Shown one piece after another: positions 46,082 to 56,530 of a stretch of DNA of 64,000 nucleotides (positions are counted from its first letter, which is position 1; each line of letters starts with the position of its first letter). The DNA comes from Phycisphaerae bacterium (lineage in GTDB: Bacteria > Planctomycetota > Phycisphaerae > UBA1845). The notes below the pieces were generated by a model that was given only the letters and a program-made list of their open reading frames with translations, ran no database searches and was not told where the DNA came from. A program made the translations under genes and the position numbers. Where the stretch lies: the NCBI GenBank assembly GCA_963666835.2, contig CAXXGO010000006.1, positions 1,408,001-1,472,000 of the forward strand, given 5' to 3'.

Positions 46082-47887
46082 TCACCGCGCCTTTGCCTCC
46101 AGCTCTTCCCAGCGGGCGTAAAGGGCCTCGACGTGCTTGCGGGCGGCCTCGGACTCTTCCCAGCGCTTCTGAACCTCCGCCAGATCGTCCGCGACTGCCG
46201 GATCGGCCATCGCCCGGCGGCATTGCTCGGCGTACTCGTCGGCCTCCAGGATGGTCTCTTCCATGTTCTCGAGTTCTTTCTTCTCGCTGGCGGTCAGACC
46301 GCCGCGATCCACCCGCTTCCGCGGCTTCTTCGGCTTACCCTCAGCAGCGTCCTTGCTTCTGGCCCCGGCCGGCGGAGTCTGGTTGGCTTGCCAATGCGCG
46401 CAATCGGTATACTTGCCGACTCTACCACCGCCGTTCAGCCCCAGAATCTCCGTGGATATCCGATCGAGCATGAACCGGTCGTGGGTGACCAACACAATCG
46501 CCCCGGGAAACTCCGTCAGGCTTTCCTCGAGCACGTCGAGCGACGCGATATCCAGATCGTTCGTCGGCTCGTCCAGAATCAACACGTCGGCGGGGCGGAG
46601 CATCAGGCGGGCGATCAGAATCCGGGCCTGCTCGCCGCCCGATAGTTCGCTCACCGGCATGTCGAGCTGTTCGACGCGAAAGAGAAACCGCTTCGCCCAC
46701 GCGGTTATGTGCGTATTGCGACCGCGAAAATCGACGCTGTCGCCCGCCGGCGCCAGCGCCCGCCGCAACGGTATGTCTTGCGGGAGTTGTTCGCGTTGCT
46801 GATCGAACACGACGATCCGCAGATTGTCGGCCTGCCTGACGGTTCCTTCGTCCGGCGGCAGATCGCCCGTTAAAACTCGAATCAACGTGGTCTTTCCGCT
46901 GCCGTTCAGGCCGAGCAGCCCGAGGCGCGTTCCCGGCGTCAAGACCAGCGAAACGTCTTTGAACAGGAGCCGGCCGCCGAGCGTCTTGGCGAGCCCGCGA
47001 GCCTCCAGCAGCTTTCGCGTCTGCCGGCCGGTGCCGTCGAAGTCGATCCCGGCCGCGGCGTTTTGGGTGTTGCGGGTTTGAAGTTCGCGCAGCTCGTCCT
47101 TCAGGCGATAGGCCTCATCGATTCGCGACTTGGATTTTGAGCGCCGTGCCTTGGCGTGCGATTTGAGGAACGCCACCTCGCGCCGCACGACGTTGGTCAG
47201 CGTTACCTGCCGGGCCTGCTGAGCTTCGAGGAAGTCGGCCCGCTTCTCGATGAACTTGCTGTACGGACCTTCCACGCTGAAGAACCCCTCCGGGTATACG
47301 GGGTTGAGTTCGAGGACCCGAGTGGTTACCCGTTCCAGGAAGTAGCGATCGTGGCTGACCACCAGACAAGCGAACGGCGCGCGGAGCAACATCTCTTCGA
47401 GCCATAGGATCCCCTCGATATCCAGGTGGTTCGTGGGCTCGTCCATCAGCAGCAGGTCCGGGTTACGGATGACCGCCCGCGCGAGAGCCAAGCGCTTACG
47501 CCAGCCGCCGGAGAGCTTCTCCACCTCGGTTTGCTCCCGGTCGAACCCGAACCTGCTGAGCGTGATGTTCACCTGGGTGTCGCGTTCGTACGCTTGCGAG
47601 TATTGGTCTGCGACGGCGTCGGCCAGGACCGTCCCAACCGTAGCCTGGGCCGGGAACACGTCCTCTTGCGGCAGATATGCGATGCGGGCCGACCGGCGCC
47701 GGCTGATCTCACCGCCGTCGGTGTGCTCGAGGTCGGCCAGGATCTTGAGAAAGGTCGTCTTGCCCGCGCCATTTGGCCCGAGGAACCCGACCCGTTCGCC
47801 ATCGGAGAAACTGACGGAGAGCCCGGCGAAGAGTTCGCGGGTACCAAAGGTTTTTGAAACCGCCCGGCATGTCAACAACACGGCCAT
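46082..47887 (-). CDS. ABC-F family ATP-binding protein (Uup-like)
   Basis: Two NBDs (GPNGAGKT/LSGGW/DEPTNHLD; GLNGSGKT/LSGGE/DEPTNDLD) and a C-terminal LYARWEELE coiled coil. Confidence 0.92.
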   Translation of the reverse strand: MAVLLTCRAVSKTFGTRELFAGLSVSFSDGERVGFLGPNGAGKTTFLKILADLEHTDGGEISRRRSARIAYLPQEDVFPAQATVGTVLADAVADQYSQAYERDTQVNITLSRFGFDREQTEVEKLSGGWRKRLALARAVIRNPDLLLMDEPTNHLDIEGILWLEEMLLRAPFACLVVSHDRYFLERVTTRVLELNPVYPEGFFSVEGPYSKFIEKRADFLEAQQARQVTLTNVVRREVAFLKSHAKARRSKSKSRIDEAYRLKDELRELQTRNTQNAAAGIDFDGTGRQTRKLLEARGLAKTLGGRLLFKDVSLVLTPGTRLGLLGLNGSGKTTLIRVLTGDLPPDEGTVRQADNLRIVVFDQQREQLPQDIPLRRALAPAGDSVDFRGRNTHITAWAKRFLFRVEQLDMPVSELSGGEQARILIARLMLRPADVLILDEPTNDLDIASLDVLEESLTEFPGAIVLVTHDRFMLDRISTEILGLNGGGRVGKYTDCAHWQANQTPPAGARSKDAAEGKPKKPRKRVDRGGLTASEKKELENMEETILEADEYAEQCRRAMADPAVADDLAEVQKRWEESEAARKHVEALYARWEELEAKAR

Positions 47888-48099
47888 GGATGTTCCTGTT
47901 TGCTCGGTCTTCCGGCGATCATCACCGGAACCTCCGTTCGACGATTCACGCTAACGCGGACTACGAGTGCCGTTTCCAGTAAGGTCGTGCAGAATCTTCC
48001 CCCCTTGCCGAGAGCCTGTCCAGGTGTCGAGCTCGAAGCCTGCCTCACGGGCTAACGGCCGTCCGGGAGCGTGAGAGGGTGTGTAGAACAACGAGGCTG

Positions 48100-49035
48100 T
48101 CAGGCGGGGGCTAGTTCGTAGATGTAGTAGGAGACGAAGCACTCCCCGATGAGTGGGAGCGGCAGCAGAACCCGAGTAGCTCTGCTCAGCGGCGACCCAC
48201 TGAACCCGTGGGTCTCGCACCGTACGATACGCAACCCGGCTTCGGCTGCGCATGTTTCGAATTGCGGGCGGGTGATCTTGTTGAGGAAGGGCTCACAGCT
48301 TTGGATCGCACGCCATTTGTTGGGTTTCTTCGTGCCGGTGGCCGGGTCGCGGTCCCAGATCCGCGGGGTGAACTCCGGGTCGTCGTACAGTTCCGCGCAC
48401 GTTTCGAATAAGGTCTTCTCCGGGCAGAGCAGATGCACCCACGGAAGAGGGATCAGGGAATCCAGATGATGCCCGTACGGGCCCTTCCACGGCGACCACC
48501 AGATCCAGATCCGCCCGTTAGGGCGAAGGACTCGCCGCCACTGTCCGGCGATGGCCGGCATGTTCGGGATATGCTCCACCACGTCGAAACAGCAGATCAG
48601 ATCTACACTGGAGTCGTCGCAGGGAATGACGTCTTCCGTCTCGTTGCACAAGAACCGAATCGAAGATTCGCACGGGACGCACGATTCCCTGGCCTTGCCG
48701 ATTGCGTCGGAAGACATATCCACGCCCGTGACGCTCTTGGCTTGGTGCTCCGCGAGAAGTCGGGTTAGCTCTCCGGTCCCGCAGCCGAAATCGAGAACAT
48801 CGCGGTTGGCAATCCCCTGAACCGGGAAGTGTTCGGTCAACTGCTGCCCTAGCTCGGCCATGCGCCAGTCGCGGTAGCGTGACGTGCTTGTGGTCCGGAC
48901 GGTCTGGTCGCGCGCCGAGCCCAATCGTCGCCGAGCCCATCGCGCCGCGCGGTAGAGCAAATGCCCTCGCCACCCCAGACGCAAACGCCGCCGAGTTTCG
49001 GCGACGCGCTGCGATTGAACAGGTGTTGCTTCCAT
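48100..49035 (-). CDS. Class I SAM-dependent methyltransferase
   Basis: VLDFGCGTG, GVDMS, DLICCFDVVEHI, RVLRPNG, PYGHHL. Confidence 0.85.
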   Translation of the reverse strand: MEATPVQSQRVAETRRRLRLGWRGHLLYRAARWARRRLGSARDQTVRTTSTSRYRDWRMAELGQQLTEHFPVQGIANRDVLDFGCGTGELTRLLAEHQAKSVTGVDMSSDAIGKARESCVPCESSIRFLCNETEDVIPCDDSSVDLICCFDVVEHIPNMPAIAGQWRRVLRPNGRIWIWWSPWKGPYGHHLDSLIPLPWVHLLCPEKTLFETCAELYDDPEFTPRIWDRDPATGTKKPNKWRAIQSCEPFLNKITRPQFETCAAEAGLRIVRCETHGFSGSPLSRATRVLLPLPLIGECFVSYYIYELAPA

Positions 49036-49288
49036 GCCGTCCCTTCTTGCCGTATCCGCTTCCGGCCGGACGTCGACCCGGCATGCCCGAGGAGACCCCC
49101 AAGGAAGCGGGTGCGCAGCCAATACCGGATATCGGTTGACGGAGCCAACGGTCTGAGCAGAACTCCGGCGCCCCGATCCGGGCCAAGTTCCCATAACCTG
49201 TTTCATCGGCGTTGGGCAACGGCCGATATTCAATTGGAATGCTGTCCTGATATACCGGTGGCGGCCGCGCCGAGGGTCTGTAGACGCC

Positions 49289-50734
49289 ATGCTGTTCAAC
49301 TCCATAGCGTTTCTCATCTTCTTGCCCGTTGTGTGGGCGTGCTATCACGCGCTGCGCGGGACTTCGGCCCGGTGCTATCTGCTGCTGATCGCCAGTTACG
49401 TGTTTTATATGTGGTGGCGGGTGGATTACGTGGTCCTGCTGCTGTTGTCGACGCTGACGGACTACGCCTGCGGTCGTCTGCTGGAACGCCAGTCAGACAG
49501 CCGACGAAGGCGGCTCGTGCTCGGAGCCAGCTTGGCGGTCAATCTCGGTTTGCTCGCCGGCTTCAAGTACTGGAACTTCTTCACCGGCCAGTTGAGTTCG
49601 CTGGGGCGGCTCTTCGCTCCCGATTTCGAGCTTCCCATGCTGGACGTCGTGCTGCCGATGGGCATCTCGTTCTACACCTTCCAGACTGTCGCCTACACTA
49701 TCGATGTCTATCGGGGCAAGATCGCCGCCGAGCGGAACTTAGCCCGGTTCGCGTTGTACGTGTCGTTCTTCCCCCAGCTCGTGGCCGGTCCGATTGAGCG
49801 ACCCGGCCGGCTGCTGCCGCAGATCAACACTCCGCGCGAGGCGGACGCGAGTCAGCTTGTTTCGGGCTTGCGGTTGATGCTGTGGGGGATGTTCAAGAAG
49901 GTAGTGGTGGCTGATCGGCTGGCCATTTACGTCGACATCGTGTACGCGGACGCCGGGGCTCACAACGGAGCCCAGTTGACCTTGGCCACGGTGTTCTTCG
50001 CGGTGCAGATATATTGCGATTTCTCCGGATACACGGATATCGCCATCGGTTGCGCCCGGACCTTCGGCTTCGATTTGATGAAGAACTTCCGTCGGCCTTA
50101 TCTGGCGTGGTGCCCGACGGAATTCTGGCGGCGGTGGCACATATCGCTGTCGAGCTGGTTCCGCGACTACGTATATGTGCCACTGGGGGGATCACGGTGT
50201 CCAAGAGGGCGGGCGGGCGTGAACCTGCTGGCCACGTTTCTTATAAGCGGGCTCTGGCACGGGGCGAACTGGACGTTTGTGGCCTGGGGCGCCGTCCACG
50301 GGGTGATGGTGCTGGTCGAACGGGTGATCCGGTGGATCTTCGGCATCAGGCCGGGCTCGGCAGGCGGTGGGGCGGGGACCCGGATACTGGGGACCGTAAT
50401 CACGATGAGTTTCGTGGTCGTTGCGTGGGTGTTCTTCCGTGCGGAGTCAGTGGATTCCGCGTGGTATGTTCTCACGCACATGTTCTCGGGATGGGCTCGG
50501 CAGGGGATCTCCTGCGGTCTGTACGCAACGCACCTGATTACTTCGCTGGGGCTAATCGGCGTCGTGCTGGCGTACGACGTGTGGGAGGAATGGCGCGTTG
50601 GTCATGGTGAACGCTCTTTGTGGGACACGCTGCCCACCGCGGTACGGTGGGGCGGGTATTGGTCGCTGGCGACCTGCACGTTGCTGCTGGGGCAGCTCAG
50701 CGGCACGAAGCAGTTCATCTACTTTCAGTTTTGA
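49289..50734 (+). CDS. MBOAT family O-acyltransferase (AlgI/PatA-like)
   Basis: LPMGISFYTFQ, FFPQLVAGPIER, QIYCDFSGYTDIA, FWRRWHISLS, GLWHGANWTF, FIYFQF end. Confidence 0.95.
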   Translation: MLFNSIAFLIFLPVVWACYHALRGTSARCYLLLIASYVFYMWWRVDYVVLLLLSTLTDYACGRLLERQSDSRRRRLVLGASLAVNLGLLAGFKYWNFFTGQLSSLGRLFAPDFELPMLDVVLPMGISFYTFQTVAYTIDVYRGKIAAERNLARFALYVSFFPQLVAGPIERPGRLLPQINTPREADASQLVSGLRLMLWGMFKKVVVADRLAIYVDIVYADAGAHNGAQLTLATVFFAVQIYCDFSGYTDIAIGCARTFGFDLMKNFRRPYLAWCPTEFWRRWHISLSSWFRDYVYVPLGGSRCPRGRAGVNLLATFLISGLWHGANWTFVAWGAVHGVMVLVERVIRWIFGIRPGSAGGGAGTRILGTVITMSFVVVAWVFFRAESVDSAWYVLTHMFSGWARQGISCGLYATHLITSLGLIGVVLAYDVWEEWRVGHGERSLWDTLPTAVRWGGYWSLATCTLLLGQLSGTKQFIYFQF

Positions 50735-50761
50735 TGGTAGTGTCTAGGTAGTGGCGTAGTA

Positions 50762-52135
50762 ATGACGACCGTGTTGACGACAAATGAAGCCGTGACCGTC
50801 GGGGATTCCGCATATCCGGCCGGCCGCGTCTCCGCCGAGTCGATCAAAGAGGCGGCGCCGGTAGCACCGGTCGGACTGTTGGCCGTTGCGGCTCTCTGGC
50901 GACGGTTGGTGTTGTTCGTAGCCGGAATGGTCTTTATTCTCGGTGCCGTCGAGCTGGCTCTTTCGGCGAGTGTGGGCGGATTCAATGTCCCCCAGGGCTT
51001 CACCCGTCGGGCGCCGGCCCCGTACGTAGAGTTCTACTCGGAGCCCAACTACCACGGGGCAGGCCAGGAAGGCGAGTTCATCGATACTAATGACGCGGGC
51101 TTCCGTTACGGGCCGCTGCCGGTGGAGAAACCGCCGGACGAACTTCGGGTGTTCTTTTTGGCCAGCAGCTTCGGCTTCCGCGGTTCCACGAACGACGCGA
51201 CCATCGCCGGACAGATGGAACGGCTTCTCGCATCCACCGCAGGTGCCGCGGGTCGGCGAATTCGGGTCGTCAATGCCAGCGGCACGTCGCTTGTATTGCG
51301 TCAGTCGCTCGTGCTGCTGGTGACCAGGATTCTGGCCTATCAGCCTGACATTATCGTGGTGTTTCACGGCCCGGAGGTGCTGTACTACCCCACTGTCTGC
51401 GAGCGCCGGCCCGGGTTCCCCTTCGACTTCCGTATCCGAGAGCGCCTCCACAGCAAGCTTGCCGGGAAGCTCCCGAAGGAGGACCCGATCATCACGTTGG
51501 TAAAGCGGACCCGGCTTTTTCAGCACTTCCATCCGGATCTGGGCCGCAATGCCCAACAGACCGCGCTGGCTCGGCACAATCAGGTCATTACCATAGATGC
51601 CCCGGACCAGTACGAGCCGTACATTGATGTTGTTGCCGAAGACCTGCACAAAATCATGCGAATTGCCTCGGCCTTCGGTTGCCGCACGCTTGTCGCCTTG
51701 CCGCCGTGGCGGAGCCCGGCCCTTCTGCCTGAAGCAATCCCCCGTCTGGCCGAGCGTGTTGAGCGCGTCTGCCGCGACCACTCTGCAAAAGACGTTCACT
51801 ATGCAGACACTATCCCGCTAACCGAAGAGCTGACCCGCCGTCAGCTCTGGCGGCCCGACGGCATCCACTGGGGTGAAGCCGGCAATCGTCTGATCGCGGA
51901 ACGACTCGTACAAGCACTACGCGACGGCGGATTCTTGGAACACGGCCGGAGTGCTGACGGGACGGCTCTGCAATCCGAGGAATTCCAGTTCGGGCGACCG
52001 CAGGTCCTTCCTCCCTTACCGAAGGGGGATCGAGGGGAGTGTATTCGGGCAGCGAAAGACTTCCCCCAGCCCCTCCTTAGTGAGGAGGAGGCAAAGAAAT
52101 GCGATCATTTTCCCGGGAAGGAGCGGGACTCATGA
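50762..52135 (+). CDS. SGNH/GDSL-like hydrolase or acyltransferase partner
   Basis: TM anchor, TNDAGFR, RVFFLASS, VVNAS, PDIIV, DGIHW..GNRLIAE; the C-terminal tail runs through a palindromic repeat. Confidence 0.75.
   Translation: MTTVLTTNEAVTVGDSAYPAGRVSAESIKEAAPVAPVGLLAVAALWRRLVLFVAGMVFILGAVELALSASVGGFNVPQGFTRRAPAPYVEFYSEPNYHGAGQEGEFIDTNDAGFRYGPLPVEKPPDELRVFFLASSFGFRGSTNDATIAGQMERLLASTAGAAGRRIRVVNASGTSLVLRQSLVLLVTRILAYQPDIIVVFHGPEVLYYPTVCERRPGFPFDFRIRERLHSKLAGKLPKEDPIITLVKRTRLFQHFHPDLGRNAQQTALARHNQVITIDAPDQYEPYIDVVAEDLHKIMRIASAFGCRTLVALPPWRSPALLPEAIPRLAERVERVCRDHSAKDVHYADTIPLTEELTRRQLWRPDGIHWGEAGNRLIAERLVQALRDGGFLEHGRSADGTALQSEEFQFGRPQVLPPLPKGDRGECIRAAKDFPQPLLSEEEAKKCDHFPGKERDS
52000..52086. 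repeat. Palindromic CCCTT..AAGGGG repeat element; inverted copy at 56716-56800
   Basis: aagggggatcgagggg..cccccagcccctccttagtgagga matches the reverse complement of 56716-56800; partial copy near 58920. Confidence 0.75.
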
Positions 52136-53052
52136 TGACACGTTCTTGGCAACGTGTTCTGCGGATGACGGGATACGCTGTCCTGGCATGCTCGCTGCCG
52201 GCCGCGCTGGCGTGCTTTGTCTCGTATCGCCAGGACCAGGACTTCCTCGGCGAAATGGCCCGGCGGATCGTGGCCGGCGAGACAACCCCGGCCGCCCGCG
52301 TGTTGGCATTGTCGAATTCGATCCACCGGGATCAGGCGACGCATAAGAACGGCAGCTTTTTCGCGGTGCGAAGATGGGGTCCGACCTCGCGGCAGGTATT
52401 CGTCCACGGCGGGGACTGCGCGGACAAGTCGCGATTGTTATGTGCGTTGTTGCGGGAGCTGGACATCTCGGCCACGCCGGTTATGTGTTTCGACCCGCAA
52501 ACGGGGCTACCGACCCACACTATCGTTGAGACCGATCTGGGTGACGGCTCTCGGATGATAGTAGACCCGACGTACGACCTGTACTTCCCGAAGCCCAACG
52601 CGGCGGGGTTCTATGACCTGCTGGACTTGCGGCGCGACCCGGACATCCTGGCGAACCGGATCGCCGAGTTGTGCGCCAGCGCTCCTCCGGCCCGCGAGGC
52701 TGACGTATACTACATGCGGGCGTCGACCCCATATCACCACGTCAGCACGATAAACTGGGATCAGAACGCGTTTTCCCGCTGGACGCGCGATCGGCTTCTG
52801 CCGCTATTCGGTGATAGAGTCTATCGGTTTTCCCGCCCTGCAATCCTGGAGGAACCGAAACTGCTCGCCACGGTCACGCTGCTGACACCGGGGGTCTTGG
52901 TTATACTCTTGATGGGCTGTAAGGCGGCGATGCGATTGGCCCGCCGGAGGTGGCGAAGACTCCGCAACGACCGGATCAGCGCGGTCGCCCTGAACGGGAC
53001 GTATTCAGGTAGAGGTCTGTCGGGCGCGGAAGTGGTCTCGGATGGCAGTTAG
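52131..53052 (+). CDS. Transglutaminase-like membrane-anchored protein
   Basis: GGDCADKSRLLCALL..HTIVE..MIVDPTYD (Cys-His-Asp triad); N- and C-terminal TMs; start overlaps the SGNH stop. Confidence 0.75.
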
Positions 53053-54876
53053 CCGATGGGCGGTGGTGTGGTGGTCTTCCACGGTGGCTTGAGCCGACTT
53101 GGTCCGGCTTCGGGCGGCTTCGGGATCCGCATGGATCTGTCGTACGGCGTCAGCCAATTCAGTTCGACTCTCGTAGAAAGTAAGGTGCGCGGCAAGTTCC
53201 GTTAGCTCGGGGTGCTCCCCGATGAACTGTTCGCAGGTTCCCCGGCAGATTACCATAGCACCCGCCGCCAGCGCGTCTACAGCCCTCTGAACCGCACCGA
53301 CTGACAGCTCCGGAATCACGACGATCCCGGCGCAAGCCAGAAGCCGGCCCAAGGCTTCGCCGGAGGGGATTGGTCCGCGCCGAGTCGTGGATGCGTTCAG
53401 CGAATCAGGCCAGTTCTCCCCCCACAAAGCCACGGCGGCGCCGCTATTTGCCAGGGTTTCGGCGGTTGCCCGCCCGATTGCGGCGGGGCCGATGCGTGTG
53501 CATAGCAACTGCAGGAAAGGTGCTCGAACCACGGCGTCGGAGACGGTTACTCCGCACTCTTTCTGAGCGGCGTCGAACAGCTCCTCGGCCAAGCCGTTTT
53601 GAAAGCGGTCCACGGTCCGGGAGGCTACTTGTTGCATGGCCCGCCAGAGAGTGATCTGGCTTCCCAGGGTCAGGTTGACGGCTTCCGGGCGATCGTCGGG
53701 CAGGTCCATAAGGACGGCTATTCCCGCAGAAGCGCCAAATCGGTTCGGCGGTGCCGTTTGCGCTGCGCGGCACATGACGGGGTCTGCGGCCGGCTCGCAG
53801 CGAACGATTCGGTCGGTCGGTATCCCCGCTTCGGAAAGTCGTTCGACGAGCGTGGACGTGCCTGCAAAAACCGTATAATTGGCGAGGTTTCGTGCCGCGT
53901 GGATTGAGGCTAAGTCCACTTCGGTCGTTAGCCAGGAGGCCAGGGGCAGCGCCGACGGCAGCAGTGTCGTCAGGCGTCCGGGTCCGCAGTTGACGAACAG
54001 CACACAATCCGCGCCGGCTTCGACTATCGCCCGCATCCGTGCCGCCGGGTGACAATTGCCCGGCATATCCGGCACGCACGTTCGATGCTCCCAGCCAAGC
54101 TCGCCCAGAGATTCTTCGATCCGTTGCACATCCGCCAGGGAATGGGCGCGCGAGTCTACGCTCAGAATCGCCACGGCGGGTCGATCCGGCAGAGATTCGT
54201 AGCGCCGCCGGCGAAGCGCACCCGCCAGTGCATCGATCGCGCGCGCTTGCACTTCCACGACCGCTTCACCGGCGATCTCGATTTCCCTCTGCATCTCCGT
54301 CATCTCCACTGCGGTGAGGTGCGGGACATTAAGAAGCCTCTGTGGGAGTTCGTATCCGGGATGCGCCTCGAAGAACGTGCGTAGCCGCTCGGCGAGGTTA
54401 TCGCCGAGGATGAAGACGAGACGTCCGTTGCGCAGCAGGTTCGTGTAGTCGTACAGGTGCAGCGCCAACTTGATGGCCAGCGGATCGCGTTCTACGACGA
54501 ATACCGCACTGAAGTTCGACATGCGCTCGGCGAGCAGGTGGACTTCTAAGCCGGTGAGTATGCCGGGCAGCATCATACCGGTGTCGTCACTCTGGCGATT
54601 CCGGCACAGTGCGGGGGCGCTTATTGTCGGGGCGGAGGACCTGCCGAACCAGGTTGATCGACCGTCGGCTCCGCGAATGACGAACGTCTCGCTGCCGTCG
54701 CGGCCCTTCGCCGCCGCAATGCTTGCCGGGATGGCCACGGCACGCACTTCATCAGCCACGTCCGGCTGGAAGGAGTTCAGTGCCGCGAGATTGGCTTCGT
54801 AGAACTTGCCCTGAGCGATTGCCGGAGATTCTGCGATCTTGCAGCCGGGTTGGGCGTCGGGTGCTGCGGGCGGCAT
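53005..54876 (-). CDS. Hypothetical protein, Maf-like N-terminus with a glycosyltransferase-like (CgeB-type) C-terminus
   Basis: FYEANLAAL..P..VFVVERDP..LHLYDY..GRLVF; C-terminal ELADAV..HTTAHRL. Confidence 0.6.
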   Translation of the reverse strand: MPPAAPDAQPGCKIAESPAIAQGKFYEANLAALNSFQPDVADEVRAVAIPASIAAAKGRDGSETFVIRGADGRSTWFGRSSAPTISAPALCRNRQSDDTGMMLPGILTGLEVHLLAERMSNFSAVFVVERDPLAIKLALHLYDYTNLLRNGRLVFILGDNLAERLRTFFEAHPGYELPQRLLNVPHLTAVEMTEMQREIEIAGEAVVEVQARAIDALAGALRRRRYESLPDRPAVAILSVDSRAHSLADVQRIEESLGELGWEHRTCVPDMPGNCHPAARMRAIVEAGADCVLFVNCGPGRLTTLLPSALPLASWLTTEVDLASIHAARNLANYTVFAGTSTLVERLSEAGIPTDRIVRCEPAADPVMCRAAQTAPPNRFGASAGIAVLMDLPDDRPEAVNLTLGSQITLWRAMQQVASRTVDRFQNGLAEELFDAAQKECGVTVSDAVVRAPFLQLLCTRIGPAAIGRATAETLANSGAAVALWGENWPDSLNASTTRRGPIPSGEALGRLLACAGIVVIPELSVGAVQRAVDALAAGAMVICRGTCEQFIGEHPELTELAAHLTFYESRTELADAVRQIHADPEAARSRTKSAQATVEDHHTTAHRLTAIRDHFRARQTST

Positions 54877-54880
54877 GACG

Positions 54881-55069
54881 TTAAGCTGTCATCATGACAA
54901 AAAGGAACACCAACCAGGCGCCCCAGGCTATGGCAAACCCGACGACCGGCCACTTTGCCATCGGGGGGCCGTTCCCCACGGGAACGCTTGGATCCTCCCA
55001 GATGGTGAGGGGCTTTGCCGCCTCGTCCGTCGGGTCGCTCGTGGGATTATCTGCGTCTTGTTCGCTCAT
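54881..55069 (-). CDS. Small membrane protein
   Basis: 62 aa with a C-terminal TM, co-oriented between two genes. Confidence 0.6.
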   Translation of the reverse strand: MSEQDADNPTSDPTDEAAKPLTIWEDPSVPVGNGPPMAKWPVVGFAIAWGAWLVFLFVMMTA

Positions 55070-55159
55070 CCGTTTATTCTCCCGGGCTGAAAAGCGTAAG
55101 GGCAGAGTACCCGAATCCCGCTCCGGGGACCAGCACCTTTGCTATGGGGGGCAACGATA

Positions 55160-56530
55160 CTACCTTTCCGGCGGAATCTCGATAACCACTGGGATCTCGA
55201 TTCGCTCGGCACCCTTGATGTCGGTAGTCAAGGTCAGCACCGTTTCATGGGTGCCGGCGGGCAGCTTGTCGGCAGTTAGAACCACGTCGAGGAAACGAAG
55301 GTGGCGCAGCCGGGAACTTGCTTCCTTATCCACCGCAGCCGTAACCGCGGGGTTTGGACAGGCGACGCTCAGAATCCCCAGTTCATCGCGGGGTGAGCCC
55401 TGGACTCGAATCCGTCGACGAGTGCCGATGGGCGTACCGTCTCCGCGTAACAGAATGAGCGGTGGATCCACCATAACCGGCTCGGCGATGACCCCGAAGA
55501 CCGGGACCAGAATCATGGGCTGGTCCAACAGGTCGGTTCGAATCTCGAGCATCGTTCCTACCGGTCCGCTGGCGGCCCCCTCACGCACGGTCAGTTCGAC
55601 ATCGTATTTGGTTGCACGGCCCTTTGTTCCTTTGGTCTCGGAGGCGACGTCGAATAGCGGTCCGGCACTCGCGCTGATGATCTCGAACGGGCGCTTGTCG
55701 GTCGACCGGACCGTGACCGGTGGGAGATGCCGTCCCGGTCGCAATTCCTGCCGCGTCGCATCGACGACCTTGGGCAAGAAGGTCAGGTCGCCCACGACCT
55801 CCGCCCGGAGCGGCATACTCCGGACCCGCTTGATCCCGTCTATAGACAGGGAGATTTGGGCTTTCGTTGAGATAGCGCCGAGCCCCGCAAACTCCGTAGC
55901 TTCAAACCGAACGCGCACGCCTCGACCTTCCGGGCCATCAAACGGCTCCGCCTCGTGGGCCAACGGCACATTATCCGCGTAATTCAGCCCCAACAGTTCA
56001 ACCGACTTACGCCCCTTGCCGGGGGTGATTTCCAGCACGGTTTCCGAGGGCACCTCGCGTTGGAGCACCCGCAAGTTCAGCATGGTCGATGGTTTCGTTT
56101 CGAACAGGACCTCGATTGCGGCCGTGAACCGCAGTTTCGACTCGGCTTCCACCGGGTCGTTGGTGAACAACGTAATGCTCTTGGTCTGCTCACCGCGACG
56201 ACGGGTACTGTCGAACTCCACCTCCAGGTCCGCGGCTTGTTCGGCCGGGATGGTCAACTCGCCGCCTTCGAGCTTCACCACGGTGCATCCGCAGTCGGGC
56301 TTCACGCGACTGATGACGAGATCTTCGGTTCCGTGATTCTCCAGGTGCCATTTCACGGTGACCTTGTCCCCCTCGAGGACGGAGCCGAGCTTAATGAGGC
56401 GCTTCGCAACTACGAGGCGAGGACCCTCGAAGACCCGTCCGTCCGCTTGTTTCGGGGCTGGCGGGAGCTGACCCGTGACCGACTGCGTAACCAGCTCGAA
56501 ACAGATCATCCAGACGACTGACTGCAACAT
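55160..56530 (-). CDS. DUF1573 domain-containing protein
   Basis: LENHGTEDLVISRVKPDCGCT..KSITLFTNDP; start at ATG 56530. Confidence 0.85.
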   Translation of the reverse strand: MLQSVVWMICFELVTQSVTGQLPPAPKQADGRVFEGPRLVVAKRLIKLGSVLEGDKVTVKWHLENHGTEDLVISRVKPDCGCTVVKLEGGELTIPAEQAADLEVEFDSTRRRGEQTKSITLFTNDPVEAESKLRFTAAIEVLFETKPSTMLNLRVLQREVPSETVLEITPGKGRKSVELLGLNYADNVPLAHEAEPFDGPEGRGVRVRFEATEFAGLGAISTKAQISLSIDGIKRVRSMPLRAEVVGDLTFLPKVVDATRQELRPGRHLPPVTVRSTDKRPFEIISASAGPLFDVASETKGTKGRATKYDVELTVREGAASGPVGTMLEIRTDLLDQPMILVPVFGVIAEPVMVDPPLILLRGDGTPIGTRRRIRVQGSPRDELGILSVACPNPAVTAAVDKEASSRLRHLRFLDVVLTADKLPAGTHETVLTLTTDIKGAERIEIPVVIEIPPER

